DNA of 60,415 nucleotides, the filler included, from Sphacelaria rigidula (lineage: Eukaryota), in assembly GCA_964200075.2 (NCBI GenBank). It is 6 parts of 6 records of this genome, joined end to end, with 100 filler letters (N's around TTAATTAATTAA, not from the genome) between each part and the next. Parts side by side here need not be neighbours in the genome. Positions count along the whole stretch, not along the records: positions 30,262 to 40,246 come from CAXNAA020007364.1; positions 40,347 to 50,331 come from CAXNAA020007365.1; positions 50,432 to 60,415 come from CAXNAA020007366.1; 3 more parts are not named here. One strand, given 5' to 3'. The position numbers were made by a program, and so were the translations under genes. Shown piece after piece: positions 39,559-50,790 of this stretch (positions within the stretch are counted from its first letter, which is position 1; each line of letters opens with the position of its first letter). The notes under the pieces were generated by a model. The model was given only the letters and a program-made list of their open reading frames with translations. It did no database searches and was not told the DNA's origin.

Positions 39559-39791
39559 CCGCGCTGAACGCCGTCCGGTTTCACCATGATATATGATCGC
39601 TCCATGGCCATGAACGGCGTGGCCGTAGCCTGCCGCTCCCCGGTCGCGGCCGCTATCCTCGAAACATGCGCTACACGTCCACCGCGTGCTGCAGCTGTGA
39701 AGGAGGTGGTGTGCACGGGAGCCACGAACGCGAACGCCGCTAGCGGCGTGATAGCTGCTACGAGCGCAAAGATGATAGCGTTTATCATCAT
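39559..39791 (-). CDS. NDK: nucleoside diphosphate kinase exon 1, bipartite plastid-targeting presequence
   Basis: MERSYIMVKPDGVQRG NDK N-terminus; signal peptide ending AAFA-FVAP, then an Arg/Ala/Thr-rich transit peptide; gtgagc donor. Confidence 0.92.
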
Positions 39792-40246
39792 TGTGATGTG
39801 CGAGTTATCCTGCGAGCGCTTTGCTGCGATGTAGGTTCTGGTAATCCTCGCGAAGGCTGTTATCTATGTCTAATGACCGAAGTCTAGACTTGATTTGAGG
39901 GCTACACATGACTATTCTGTTCCGAAATCTATCTACCGCATGATTTGTCTATAATCCCTGCGATGGAAAATGACAGTGTAGATAGTACATATGAACATAG
40001 GCAGCATCCAGAATCGAAGGGTATGGCTTATACAGTACAACAGTACTGTCATACCTTTTACTGTTCAGGATGCAGTACACTGGTCGTTGTAACGTCAGAC
40101 ATCGAGCTAGTGTGGCGTAACAGGAGCCCCACTACAGCAGCAATATCACATGAAACGAAGGAGGATCTGCAGACAATATAGCTACGAGCTGGGCCGGGCA
40201 AGAAGCCTACTATCAGTCAGTCGAGTCTAGCTCTGCCGCACTAGCG

Positions 40247-40346
40247 NNNNNNNNNNNNNNNNNNNNNNNNNNNNNNNNNNNNNNNNNNNNTTAATTAATT
40301 AANNNNNNNNNNNNNNNNNNNNNNNNNNNNNNNNNNNNNNNNNNNN
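40247..40346. other. artificial contig linker
   Basis: N44-TTAATTAATTAA-N44. Confidence 0.98.
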
Positions 40347-40530
40347 GGTATCAATTCCGTATCGCCCCGAAAACACCAACGCGAGCATTGCAGTTTGAGC
40401 CCGGCCTACGCTTTCTCCCTAAATCTACCGAGGCTAGCATTTTCAAGTAGTAGTGAAGGATGGTACTCCAGAAAGACTCAGAAAAAAGGACGACCACGAA
40501 TTCTGAAAACTTCTGACGCTGACTACTATA

Positions 40531-40571
40531 CGGCGCGGTCCTCCAAGCACGCAGTCCTCTCACGCATTACA
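40531..40571 (+). mobile_element. MITE family A, right TIR only
   Basis: cggcgcggtcctccaagcacgcagtcctctcacgcattaca. Confidence 0.75.
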
Positions 40572-41229
40572 AGTACTTTGCCCGCGTTTGGGCAGACAGC
40601 CGTGTTCATACAATGCGTATATCTACATATCGCAATTCATACTGAACTGCGACTCAAGAGAGGGAAACGTTGCGAAGAGGAATGCTATGGACGTGGTGTT
40701 GCGAAGAAGAGAACTCAACATCGAGGTGGCGGCAGTAATTAAATGTAATTAAGAACGTGATACGAATATTGTTATGTCCCCGCAAGGGCAGATCCATGCA
40801 AACTCCTGGGTGCCAGGCGTGCGCGGCCACTTTACGTTCACCCCTTGCAAGACTTATGGAACCCGCGGCACCTTTCCAGCGTCGGTACCCTGAGCGCTTT
40901 GATATTCACTCCCTGCTTCTGCGGACATGTTCTTCTCTACTTGCTTCGACTCACCTCGACCACCTGCCGTTTCGGTACACCCGGCGCACGCCGACGTTAC
41001 CAGCAAACACGTGCGGTACAGTACAGCAACTACTATCGCCATCATCCAGCGATCAGGGGGGTACCCGTCCCATGGAATCGGGTACCCCCCCGTCCAACCC
41101 CAGAATGAGGTTTTGGCTGCGAGGGGAGGGTGGTGCATGGATTTCCCGATATGAAACCCTTCGGGTTTCGTGTAGATTTTAGTGCGGACGCTATCTCCGT
41201 ACGGAATAGGAATCACTAGACATCGGGTT

Positions 41230-41446
41230 TGTAATGCGTGAGAGGACCGCGTGCTTAGAGACCCGCATCGGAATTTGAACATCCCTATGGTTAGGGTTAG
41301 GGTTAGGGTTAGGGTTAGTGCTAGGGTTGTGGTCAGGGGCATGGTACCTGCAGGGACTGGCCCGATTGGTTTCGAACACTGTCGATCCTGAGGTGTTTTG
41401 AACTACGGCGCGGTCCTTTAAGCACGCGGCCCTCTCACGCATTACA
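41230..41446 (+). mobile_element. MITE family A (TGT...ACA, 5-bp TSD) with (TTAGGG)4
   Basis: about 37-bp TIR; TSD GGGTT. Confidence 0.92.
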
Positions 41447-41922
41447 GGGTTAATCAACGAGAAAATATCGGCCCAGAATTTTGAGCAGATGGGCACCTTC
41501 CCCTTGATCAGACGATTAATACGATATGCGGATCACGGCCCAAGTCGTCTGCGTCGATGAGGTATTACTTTGAGAGCTTGAATGCGTTTTTGGACTGGCC
41601 CAGCTCGTAGTGGTGCAGTTGCTTTGCTTTGTTTGGCATGATTACCGGCCATAGATGACGCGGAGGGGTTACGGCCATAGATGACGCGAAGGGGTTACGG
41701 CCTCGCTGACGACCGAATGAGTCGATACAGCATGCGTGTGCATGTACGCTATATTTTGCGCAGTGATCCCCATGAGCACACCTCGCGCGCCACCTCAACA
41801 TCGACCCCATGCACATATTTGCGTCATCTTCTCTGCCGACGTGCAACACCGTTGTTTCCGCGAATGAGTGTGGGAGAAGGTATTTACGGTTACGAGCACA
41901 CCTGAATGCGGCGTAATTGCCG

Positions 41923-42140
41923 TGTAATGCGTGAGAGGACCGCGTGCTTAGAGGACCGCGCCGTAGTTCAAAATACCTCAGGATCGACGTTTTTCAAAAC
42001 CAATCGGGTCAGTCAGTAGTCCCTGCAGGGACCACGCCCCTGACCCTTACCCCAACACTAACCCTAATACTAACCCTAACTCTAGGGGTGTTGAAATTCC
42101 GATGCGGTCCTCTAAGCACGCGGTTCTCTCACGCATTACA
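41923..42140 (-). mobile_element. MITE family A
   Basis: same TIRs, internal ctaacc tract; TSD not clean. Confidence 0.9.
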
Positions 42141-42590
42141 ACCGTCCCCTCATTTTGGATACCAGCTTTGTATCTGATGCGCTTTTCCACCGCATCGCAT
42201 GTGTCCCAGCACCCCCCACACAGATGGCAATAATATCTCTGTGCACATATCAGTTGAAGAGAGAAATCAAGTTGATCTGTGTAGCTAAGATACATATCTA
42301 TCAGCCGTTTGCAGTGTGGCTGCACATACCCTTGCCGCAGATGAAGCTGTTCACGTATAGTGAGTTTCATATTTCCCAATTTCCGCACCATGCCGAGGAC
42401 TTATGGGTGCGAGTTTGATGTTACACGATGGCTGTAAGCAACGTTCACCTGACCCTTGGGTCTCAGTCTGCTGCCACTCGTGCAGCGCGAGGAATCTTCG
42501 ATCGCGTGTACGCCGGCCATAATGGAAAATGACTCTTTTGTATTCTACAGATTTCGTCACCTCCTTTTCAGGTTTTCCATCGATTGATCG

Positions 42591-42805
42591 TGGAATGCGT
42601 GAGAGGACCGCGTGCTTAGAGGACCGCACCAGAATTTGAACACCCCTAGGGTCAGGGTTAGGATTAGGGTTGGGGTTAGTGTTGGGGTTAGGGTCAGGGG
42701 CGTGGTACCTGCAGGGACTGGCCCGATTAGTTTTGAAAGACGTCGATCCTGAGGTGTTGAACTACGGCGCGGTCCTCTAAGCACGCGGTCCTCTCACGCA
42801 CTACA
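42591..42805 (+). mobile_element. MITE family A
   Basis: same TIRs; TSD GATCG/GATGG. Confidence 0.9.
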
Positions 42806-43857
42806 GATGGTGTGCTGTACTCGATGTATTGAACCGAACTTCGACGGAGGGGTAGGTTCGGGTGAGTGCTACAGTTGTGCATCACACTAGCACAGTCATT
42901 ATTTTGCCCTGCCACCTTATTTTTCTTCACCAAGTCGCGTTTTGGGGGGGTGGTGAAAAACGGGACACTAAACTGGGCGAAACACTGCACAGGCAACGCC
43001 GCTGGACACTGGATTCGGTGGAGCATGACTGCTTGAACTGGAGCTCCAAAGTCAGTAAGAAACAAGCCGCATATTGTCGAAAAGTATTATGCAGCAGCGC
43101 ACAGCAAGAAAGGTCCCTACCTGCATGGTGGGCGCGGCCGAGAAGTCCGACTTGGTGGAAGTGCCACCCAATGAATTGCTGTCTGCTTCCACTTGGAAAT
43201 GAAGTTCTTATCGACGTTGTTGGTGATGGCCATCGTCGTCTTCAACGGGGCTTCTGCGTGGTTCATTTTCGGTGTCTGGCAGGCGTGAGTATCCATGTCC
43301 CAGAACGTACGACAATAGTATACCCTTCCTCGCAGTCACAACTGAGGGTGATGAACAACACTTGACTTTCTGCACCCTTCAACTACATGCATGCGTGGAT
43401 GTCTACATTGATTCGAAGCCGGTTCTCATCCAAACAAGCGTGATGACTGGTCTTGCAGACACACTTCAAAGCTGATTTCCCCTTAACTGCAATAATATCT
43501 TGCAACGACACATGCTCTTATTTCAGCTGAGTCCTACTGTAGTCTTACAGATATCGTAAGTGTAGCCCGTGAACTTTCAGGGTCATCGGGTAGATTAGGC
43601 CAAAAAGTCTTGGTGTCGTCTTGTTCCTGCCGCACTACCACTGTACGAGGGAGTACCCCCTTCCACCCGATTGTCGCGCGGCAGCCATGGTGCCGGGTGG
43701 CAACGAAGCTTACTGGTCCACCTCGGAGGAATCAATGCGTGCGTGGTGTAAATCTGTAGGACATTGCGTGAAACCGGTCGATACTAGACATGCACTACAG
43801 TGAATATGTCTAATGCGTGGGAGGATCGTGTGTTTAGGGGACCACATCGGACTTTCA

Positions 43858-44260
43858 GTAGAGTTCACCACTCGGTAGTTGACAGATAGTTCTCGGAAAT
43901 TTCCGGTTGGTGGACAGGTGCGTATTGGATTTTAGTGTGATAACCGAAATCCGGATCCTTGGAGGGGGCTGTGCTCTTGGTGTGGTCCTAGCGTGCGCAG
44001 AACGCGTTTTTGTCTGAATCGATGCCTGGGGCGCCGATTTGAGGTCTACCAACGCACACTTCGCCTAGGAAACACGTTGCACCCCCCTTGCCCGAGGGTT
44101 CTCGGTATGTCTTCGTTGGGGTCGGGGTTAGGGTTAGCGTTTGGGTAAGCGTTGTTCGAAATGCATTAGCACCTGCACAAACCATAAATATCCGAGAACT
44201 ATCTGTCAACTACCGAATGGTAAACTCACCTGTGTCAACTACCGAGTAGTAAACTCACCT
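43858..44260 (+). mobile_element. MITE family B nested in A
   Basis: TIR ggtagttgacagatagttctcgga; right end tandemly duplicated; about 9-bp TSD cggactttc/cggagtttc. Confidence 0.82.
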
Positions 44261-44393
44261 CCGGAGTTTCGACACCCGTATGATTACGGTGAGAGTTTTA
44301 GTTAGGGTTAGGATCAGGGCGGTGGTCCCTGCAGCGGGTGGCCCGATTGGTTTTGAAAAACGTTGATCCTGGGATGTTTTGGACTACCGTGCG

Positions 44394-45688
44394 AACAGCC
44401 TGGATTCGTTTTTGAGGTTCAACATTTGGGTGAGGTTCAACTGACCATTGACATTTCATTTATTTCGTCCAAAAGGTTCGGGGTTCGCGAGCGGTTTCGA
44501 TCATGTAACCCGTAAGGGCTGAATCTCCTACTCAGCGCTGGGGTCTATTGTGGAAGAAAAGGTCGTGGGACCTCTGTTGTTGAAATGGTTTCCTTGTTGA
44601 TTAATGTATATTTTACTCTTCACCAAAACGTAAAAATCCAGAAAAGTGCACTACCTTTTCTTACACAAAAGACCCCAGCGCTGAGTAGGAGATTCAGCCC
44701 TTAACCCTAACCCAGAAGCTTCTGCATGGCAGCGCAAGCATGATGAAGAGCAGTCCAACAAAAAAACCGCCGTCGTTCATTGTAACGGGTATAAAGCGTT
44801 TAAGCGAGGAAAATTTGATAATGAACAGGGAAAGATGTATTACGATATCCCTGAATACCATCCTACATGTTTCATTCCGAGCGTTGTTCCCCAAATACCC
44901 CCACAGTTGTCATAAATCCTATCTGAGGGGGAGGGCGCCAGCGCTTTCCGTCGCTGGATCAGACTCCGTTTGGGACCGTCAGGAGGGATACTCAAACTAC
45001 CTCTGATGCGGGTTCTAAATTTGAAGAAACGGCTCGGATTTTGGAAGCGCGTTGCACTACAGTAGTATTGTTCGACAGTCCCACCGCGAAACCGGTTCTC
45101 AACACAGCCACGGCGGAAGTGGCCGTACAAGGCGTGATAGCTTGTTCAGACTGGATGGCGCGCCTCGCATGGGCACTACTGGCGAAACAACCTCAAGCGT
45201 GGGGCTAATAACCCTCACCCCCGTTGTGTGTGTGAGCAGCTTCATTGTGGAGCATCCATTTTATCCAACTAACGACTGTATGATGCTGCGTTTCAAAGAT
45301 CGCTGGCGTCTGTCGCCGCGTTGGATCGTTTCGCTGACAGCGGTCGTCGCCGACGCAACAGTGTGAAGTCTCTCTCAGATACTCAGCAAGTGGCGCTCGA
45401 AAACTCGATGACTAGTCCAGAGAAGTATGTTTTTAGCATGCTTTGTTACGTGTTCCGTGGCGCTTAGACGCAGGTCCCGCTAACAAGATGCCGCACAATC
45501 AATGACGGCGGTTTTTCTGTTGGGCTGCTCTTCATCATGCTTGCGCTACCGTGTAGAAGCTTCTGGGTTAGGGTTACATGATCGAAACCGCTTGCGAATC
45601 CCGCGCCTTTTGGACGAAATAAATGAAATTTCGATGGTCAGTTGAACCTCACCCAAATGTTGAACCTCAAAAACGAATCCAGGCTTTT
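44394..45688. mobile_element. element C with about 190-bp TIRs, nested in A
   Basis: agcctggattcgtttttgaggttcaac...; mirror at 45500-45688; TSD TGCG. Confidence 0.88.
44515..44701. mobile_element. MITE D (TA TSD, Tc1/mariner-like) nested in the left TIR of C
   Basis: perfect TIR agggctgaatctcctactcagcgctggggtct; absent from the right TIR of C. Confidence 0.9.
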
Positions 45689-45883
45689 TGCGGTCCATTA
45701 AGTACGCGATCCTCCCACGAATTACAATACGCACCTTTTGAAAAGAACGGCTCACGGAAACTCGGCAATATCCGAACGAAATCGTATTAATTTGTGGATA
45801 AGAAACACCAACCGTGCAGTCAGGGAATTGCAGCACATCCTCCACGTAATTGCGGTATTTCTTACAACTTATTCTAATGGTAT

Positions 45884-45886
<3 letters not shown>

Positions 45887-45927
<41 letters not shown>

Positions 45928-46290
45928 CGCGCGCGTGCGCGCATCTGCATGTGCGTGTAATCATCCCATGTGTTCGGGACACCCGTCAACATCTTCCGGT
46001 ACCTATACCTGCATGGATGTATCAGCCAGGGCCACCCTGGAAGGTCAACAGAGGAGTTTTCTCTCTCGTACTTGTGGTTTTAGTGCACCACCTTCGACCT
46101 GCGGCGCTTCCCTTACATAGTCCTTCTTGCGAAAAAGATTCGCAGCGGTCCCTTTCACCCGTCGACCGTGAAGCCGAACTTTGTGCATCCAAGACGTAGT
46201 CGCTCTCCACTTTTGGGCATGGTGTGATCAAATTTCAGATCGTGTCACTTCACGAGATTCGAACCTACGTCCCAACCGTAAGAAGTTGTA
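45887..46290 (-). mobile_element. tRNA-derived SINE with (CA)n tail
   Basis: B-box GGTTCGAATC on the minus strand near 46260; (GT)n at 45887-45925; homologous to 4981-5325. Confidence 0.72.
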
Positions 46291-46314
46291 CACGATGTCA
46301 ACCCTGTCTACATT

Positions 46315-47570
46315 CAGTTGATTGATTTGGTTTATTATCTCACATTATTAGCTGATTGCAACAATCCAGCTCGTGGTCAGGAGCAGCAAAAAAAACGGAA
46401 TATGAAAGAAATAAGAAAAGGAACAGAAAAAAACAGAAGCAACATCCACAGCAAGGAAAGAAGAAAGGAAGTAGCGACAACAACAACAACAACAACAGCC
46501 GTAACAGCAATAACAGCAATAACAACGAACAACAGCAAACAGCAGCGAACAAACACATAAAAGCACAAACACAAACAACGCAACAAGCTGATTATCTCGC
46601 AGCCTTGAGCTGATTGCAATACTCCAGCTCGTGATCAGAGAAAAAACAAATGGAGAAAAAGAATAAATAGAAACAATAGAAGAATCAAACCTAGAGAAAG
46701 GAACACAAGAGACAAGAAGACAGAGCTAGACTCGTTTCCGGTGGGGGGCACAGACACAACAAAAAACAGACAAGAAACCCCCAGGAACAAGAGATGACCA
46801 AATCAGAGCCAGGAACCACACACAATGATCTATGTATCTGGCGTAGGCTATGATGAGTTGGTGTTGGTACCATCGGTATCAGGTGCTTTCTGTTCATCTT
46901 GGCCTGCAGCTTTCGCGTGCCGTATCGCTGCCTCTGCGTCATCCTCTCGGCACCAGTCCGTCATCAACCTCTCTGCTCCCTGTTTAACACAGCTATGCCA
47001 CTCTACAGCATTCAAGGTCCATCCCTGCGATTCGATACCGAACGCCTTCATGTTTTCCGCTAGGCAGCGGATCCAGTCCTTGCGCCTGCCGTTAAACTCT
47101 CCTTGTTGCCCCTTTACGGCTGTCATTTGACCGAACATGATGTGTATCGGTATCCGTCCGGGTGACGTGCGTGTGACGAAACCGGCACAGTGGAGTCCCC
47201 TCTTCCTCACCGTCGTCTCGATGCGTTCGTACCCTGTCCTTGCGAGGGTTTCTCGGAATGACAGAGACGTGGTCTGTGCGATTGCACTTGTGTCACCCTA
47301 GTCACGGCCTGAGCAACGCATGGCGGGCCGTGCGCAGTAGATTGTAGAGGGCGTTGAGAGGGGTCCATGTGACGCGCTCGTAGGAGCGCCTTGACAGCCT
47401 CTGTTTTGATCATTTGGATTTTGAGGTGGACGGCCGCGTTTGGTCGATCATAGATTTGGACTTTGTACTGGTGGTGGTTCGACCATGCCCGTTGTTCACG
47501 CTTCTTTATCTCCACCGAGAGATCGACGCTATTCGTGATTGACCCCCCCAGGTACACAAAGGTGTATTTT
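46315..47570 (-). mobile_element. 5'-truncated RTE-like LINE (RT C-terminal region and 3' UTR)
   Basis: FVYLGGSIT...EIKKREQRAW...YDRP; RKRGLHCAGFVTR...RIP..IMFG; duplicated 3' terminal motif at about 46325 and 46592. Confidence 0.85.
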
Positions 47571-47572
47571 TT

Positions 47573-48520
47573 CACACCCTGGACAATACAATATGTAGTA
47601 TGTATCGCCCGCACAATATGTCGACGCGTCGGGTGGTCAATATATATTGGGCGAGCAATATGATTGCAAGAGAGAGGGTCAATATCTATTGTGCCATTAA
47701 TATGTCAAGGCCCGCGACATGCAATATATATCGACCGAAGAATATATCACGACAAGCGCCACCTCAATATATATTGGCCGAGTAAATTTTGGTGCGAGAA
47801 AGCACCAATATATATTTGTCGAGTAATATACTAGCTGCCACACGATGTCAACATATGTATTGACGCTTCAATATACTCAACACCCGAAGCGCCAATATAT
47901 ATTGCCGTCCCAATATGTCGTGCGTCAATGCGTCCAATACAATATTGGACGGACAATACACGAGGGAACCTACGGTCACAATACATATTGGTGTGGCAAT
48001 ATATTTTCATTTTCAACATGTAGATTGGAAAGTGTATTGAAATTAGTATGCTGGGCAGCTCTATGTTCACGGGCGCCATCGAAATATGTGTCAGCACATG
48101 CCGAAAACGCTCAATATATTCCTCCGCAAGCGTGTTCAATATACATGGGCTGCACAAAAGCTACGCGATGAACGTGCGCAATATATATTGGAAAAACGAT
48201 ACTCTTGCATGGTTTGCGTTCAATGTATATTATGGTAACAATATGCTACGCATCGCTTCGACTCAATACATATTGACACTTCAATACGTACACGGCTGGC
48301 ATGCACAATATATATTGACAGTTTTATTCCCGGAGCAAATGCATGTCCAATATATATTGTCATATTTTACTTCATGATCATGACAGGAGCAATATGTGTT
48401 GTTGATTCAATGTTTCCGAGGACATCTCAACACAATATAGATTGAAAGAACAAAGTTGGCGCTGGCTCCAATACAAAGTATTGGTATCATATTGGAACAT
48501 ATTGTATTGTCCAGGGTATA
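47573..48520. mobile_element. TIR element carrying a 42-bp-periodic CAATATATATTG/unique-spacer array
   Basis: TIR accctggacaatacaatatgt / acatattgtattgtccagggt; about 19 repeat units. Confidence 0.85.
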
Positions 48521-48941
48521 AGCAATACAGCCCCAGTGACCACAGGCGTACCAAAAGGCGCATATCGACCCGCGTTTTCTGTCATCGTGATGTTTAGCCA
48601 AGACATATTAATTTCATGCTGTGAAGGGGATGGGCGGTCTCTCACCGGTGGCCAGATAGGTATCAGAAGGCGTATATACCGGGTCGCCTCTTCTGTCACC
48701 ATACTTTCTGACCAGCATATATATATATTATATATGTCAGCGCATTCAACAACTCTCCGTAGTAATGCACGCGGACTTCTGCGGCTCCCTCTCAAGCTTT
48801 TCCTAATCTGCACGGGCTCCAGCATCCATCGCGTCTGGACCTTTCTTGAAGCGTACCGGTACACCATAACTATAATATCCAATATGTTTTGACCGGCCAA
48901 TACATTAGCACCCACGCAGACCCAATATATTTTGACCGGTC

Positions 48942-50331
48942 TGTTGGAAAATGAGGCTGCGGAGCCATGCTCTTCAACGCTTCGTATGGTATTGACTATA
49001 TGTATGTAGTGTTGGGATCGCAGGTGCCGGTCACGAAGGTTTGGTCTGATGTGAGGATATGATGTGGGATAGCAGTTGTGATGCATGAATCACTCTCCTC
49101 GGTTGACCGTTCAACACGGTGGGCTGTTTGGACTGTCTTGCCCGCAAGACGCACCTTGAACATCATCTTCTGTCTACACTCCAAAGCAGCTTGTCTGCTT
49201 GCTTGGCTTAAGTGCCATTGCGCCAACTCTAGCGATCACGTCAAAGGGTTCATCGCGACACTTTTCTAACAGGTTTTATGAGCCTCGTCGCTGGCGTTTA
49301 CGGAGTGAACTTTGGAAGAAGGAAGACAGCAGCAAAAAGGAAGGATCTTTGCTGGAAAACAACGTGAGTTGAGTCAACGTAAAGACGTCACTACATCTGT
49401 GTGGGTCTGGCACTGGCACTGCAACAGTGTGTCATGAAGTGAGGACGGCACTCTTCTGTGCGCACCTGGTGATATACGTAATTTTGAAAAAGCGGGACAA
49501 TTATAGAATACGGTAGGGTCGTAAGCCTGCAACAGTGACGGCACGCATCTGTTCCCGTCTGGCGCTACAGCAGGAGACCACAACCGGAACCGAGTAGTGT
49601 GTGTGATCTATGTTTAAAGGTGAACCGACAATAGCGCGCCTGACATCACGGCTGACCTGGGGAAACAGTCAGTAGTCGGATCCTTTTTGGGATAATTTGT
49701 AAGCTTGTACTTCTGAAGTGCACAGCCGCTGCACAACACAACATCCTGTTTCGGTATTCTGTCGGAAAGAGTCCAGGTGCCGCAGTTCAGCGCCGTGCAC
49801 GGAGGACGCTGAAGCGGTGGGGGACCGTTCCCGTCGCTTTTGATCTGCGTATATATTTCTTGCGCTACCGACAACTCAAGCGGCGGTGAGCAAGCCGATT
49901 GTGTGGTGGGGAACCTATACTTGAACACCCTTAATTTTTACTCGTGACGTTGGAGCACAGCAACGAACAGGATTCACACGGCGGACAATGAGGGTATTCG
50001 AGGGGTACTGAAATTCTGTCCAAAGTTTGATGGCAGAGACAAAGCGAGTTTCCGGGAATTCGAAGGTAAACTCCGGGTGATCCTGTCCCTTCACCACAGT
50101 GCGGCCGCAGAAACCCTTCAGGGGCGGCAAAGACCCAGGCCCACCGTAATCGATGATGACCAACCACCCTGTGATACGACAACTTCAGTGGCGTGGGACC
50201 GTGCAAACAATGATCTGTTTAGTATTCTGTTTTTTAGCACGGAAAAATCAGCAAACAATACCGTCAGACGTCACATGGGGAAAACCCCACAGGATGGGAT
50301 TGGGAACGGACAAGCAGCGTGGGCAGCGCTG
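48942..50331 (+). mobile_element. Ty1/copia 5' end (LTR, PBS, degenerate gag)
   Basis: LTR 48942-49271 (TGTTGGA...TCTAACA); PBS-like ggttttatgagcc; gag-like FREFEGKLRVIL...WDRANNDLFSILFFST...GQAAWAAL. Confidence 0.8.
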
Positions 50332-50431
50332 NNNNNNNNNNNNNNNNNNNNNNNNNNNNNNNNNNNNNNNNNNNNTTAATTAATTAANNNNNNNNNNNNN
50401 NNNNNNNNNNNNNNNNNNNNNNNNNNNNNNN
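50332..50431. other. artificial contig linker
   Basis: N44-TTAATTAATTAA-N44. Confidence 0.98.
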
Positions 50432-50559
50432 TTTCTGGCCATTTTTCGTACCTTTCCTAGGCAAAAAAACGAGAAGGTATACCTTTTCTAGGCCATCGCC
50501 CTTTATTTAGTACGACTGGGGATGAGTGTGATTCTGCGCCTTGTACGCTGAAGCCGTGT

Positions 50560-50790
50560 GGCAAAGACTGGCTTCTTGTTCATGTGCTCTCTTTTCCTTT
50601 CATTTTTCTCTCCTGTTTTTTTGTTGTTGGTATGTCTCAGCCTACCATGTCGTTCTGTTTTACCTTTTTGTTCTATATATATATTTTTTTTTCAGCGAGT
50701 GTGTCAGTTTTGGTATGTCTTGGGTACGTCCATCATGCGACCACGGCTGGATACCTGGGGGATTAGTCGAAGTGCGACAATCTAATGGAA
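50560..50790 (+). mobile_element. LINE-type 3' UTR fragment
   Basis: T-rich tract then gtacgtccatc..gcgaccacggctgga, shared with 33090-33148(-) and similar to the RTE 3' end. Confidence 0.5.

Larger units (their letters stand above)
43809..45726 (+). mobile_element. MITE family A split by nested insertions
   Basis: left TIR at 43809, middle at 44261-44393, right TIR at 45689-45726; TSD ATATG/ATACG. Confidence 0.85.

Noticed and set aside
41290-41320. Chromosome telomere
   Set aside because: Only about 4 units, internal to a MITE
45546-46199. HT/CV dipeptide-repeat ORFs
   Set aside because: Derived from the (GT)n SINE tail and MITE TIRs
46318-46619. Cys-, Leu- or Asn-rich small proteins
   Set aside because: Translations of a (CAA)n/A-rich tract in a LINE 3' UTR
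47596-48445. True CRISPR array
   Set aside because: Repeats are short and degenerate, spacers are only 17-18 nt, there are no cas genes, and the array lies within TIRs in eukaryotic DNA; kept only as a periodic-array finding
46315-48520. RT-plus-array system (retron/DGR-like)
   Set aside because: The RT is a frameshifted, 5'-truncated RTE-like LINE remnant; adjacency to the array is explained by TE nesting
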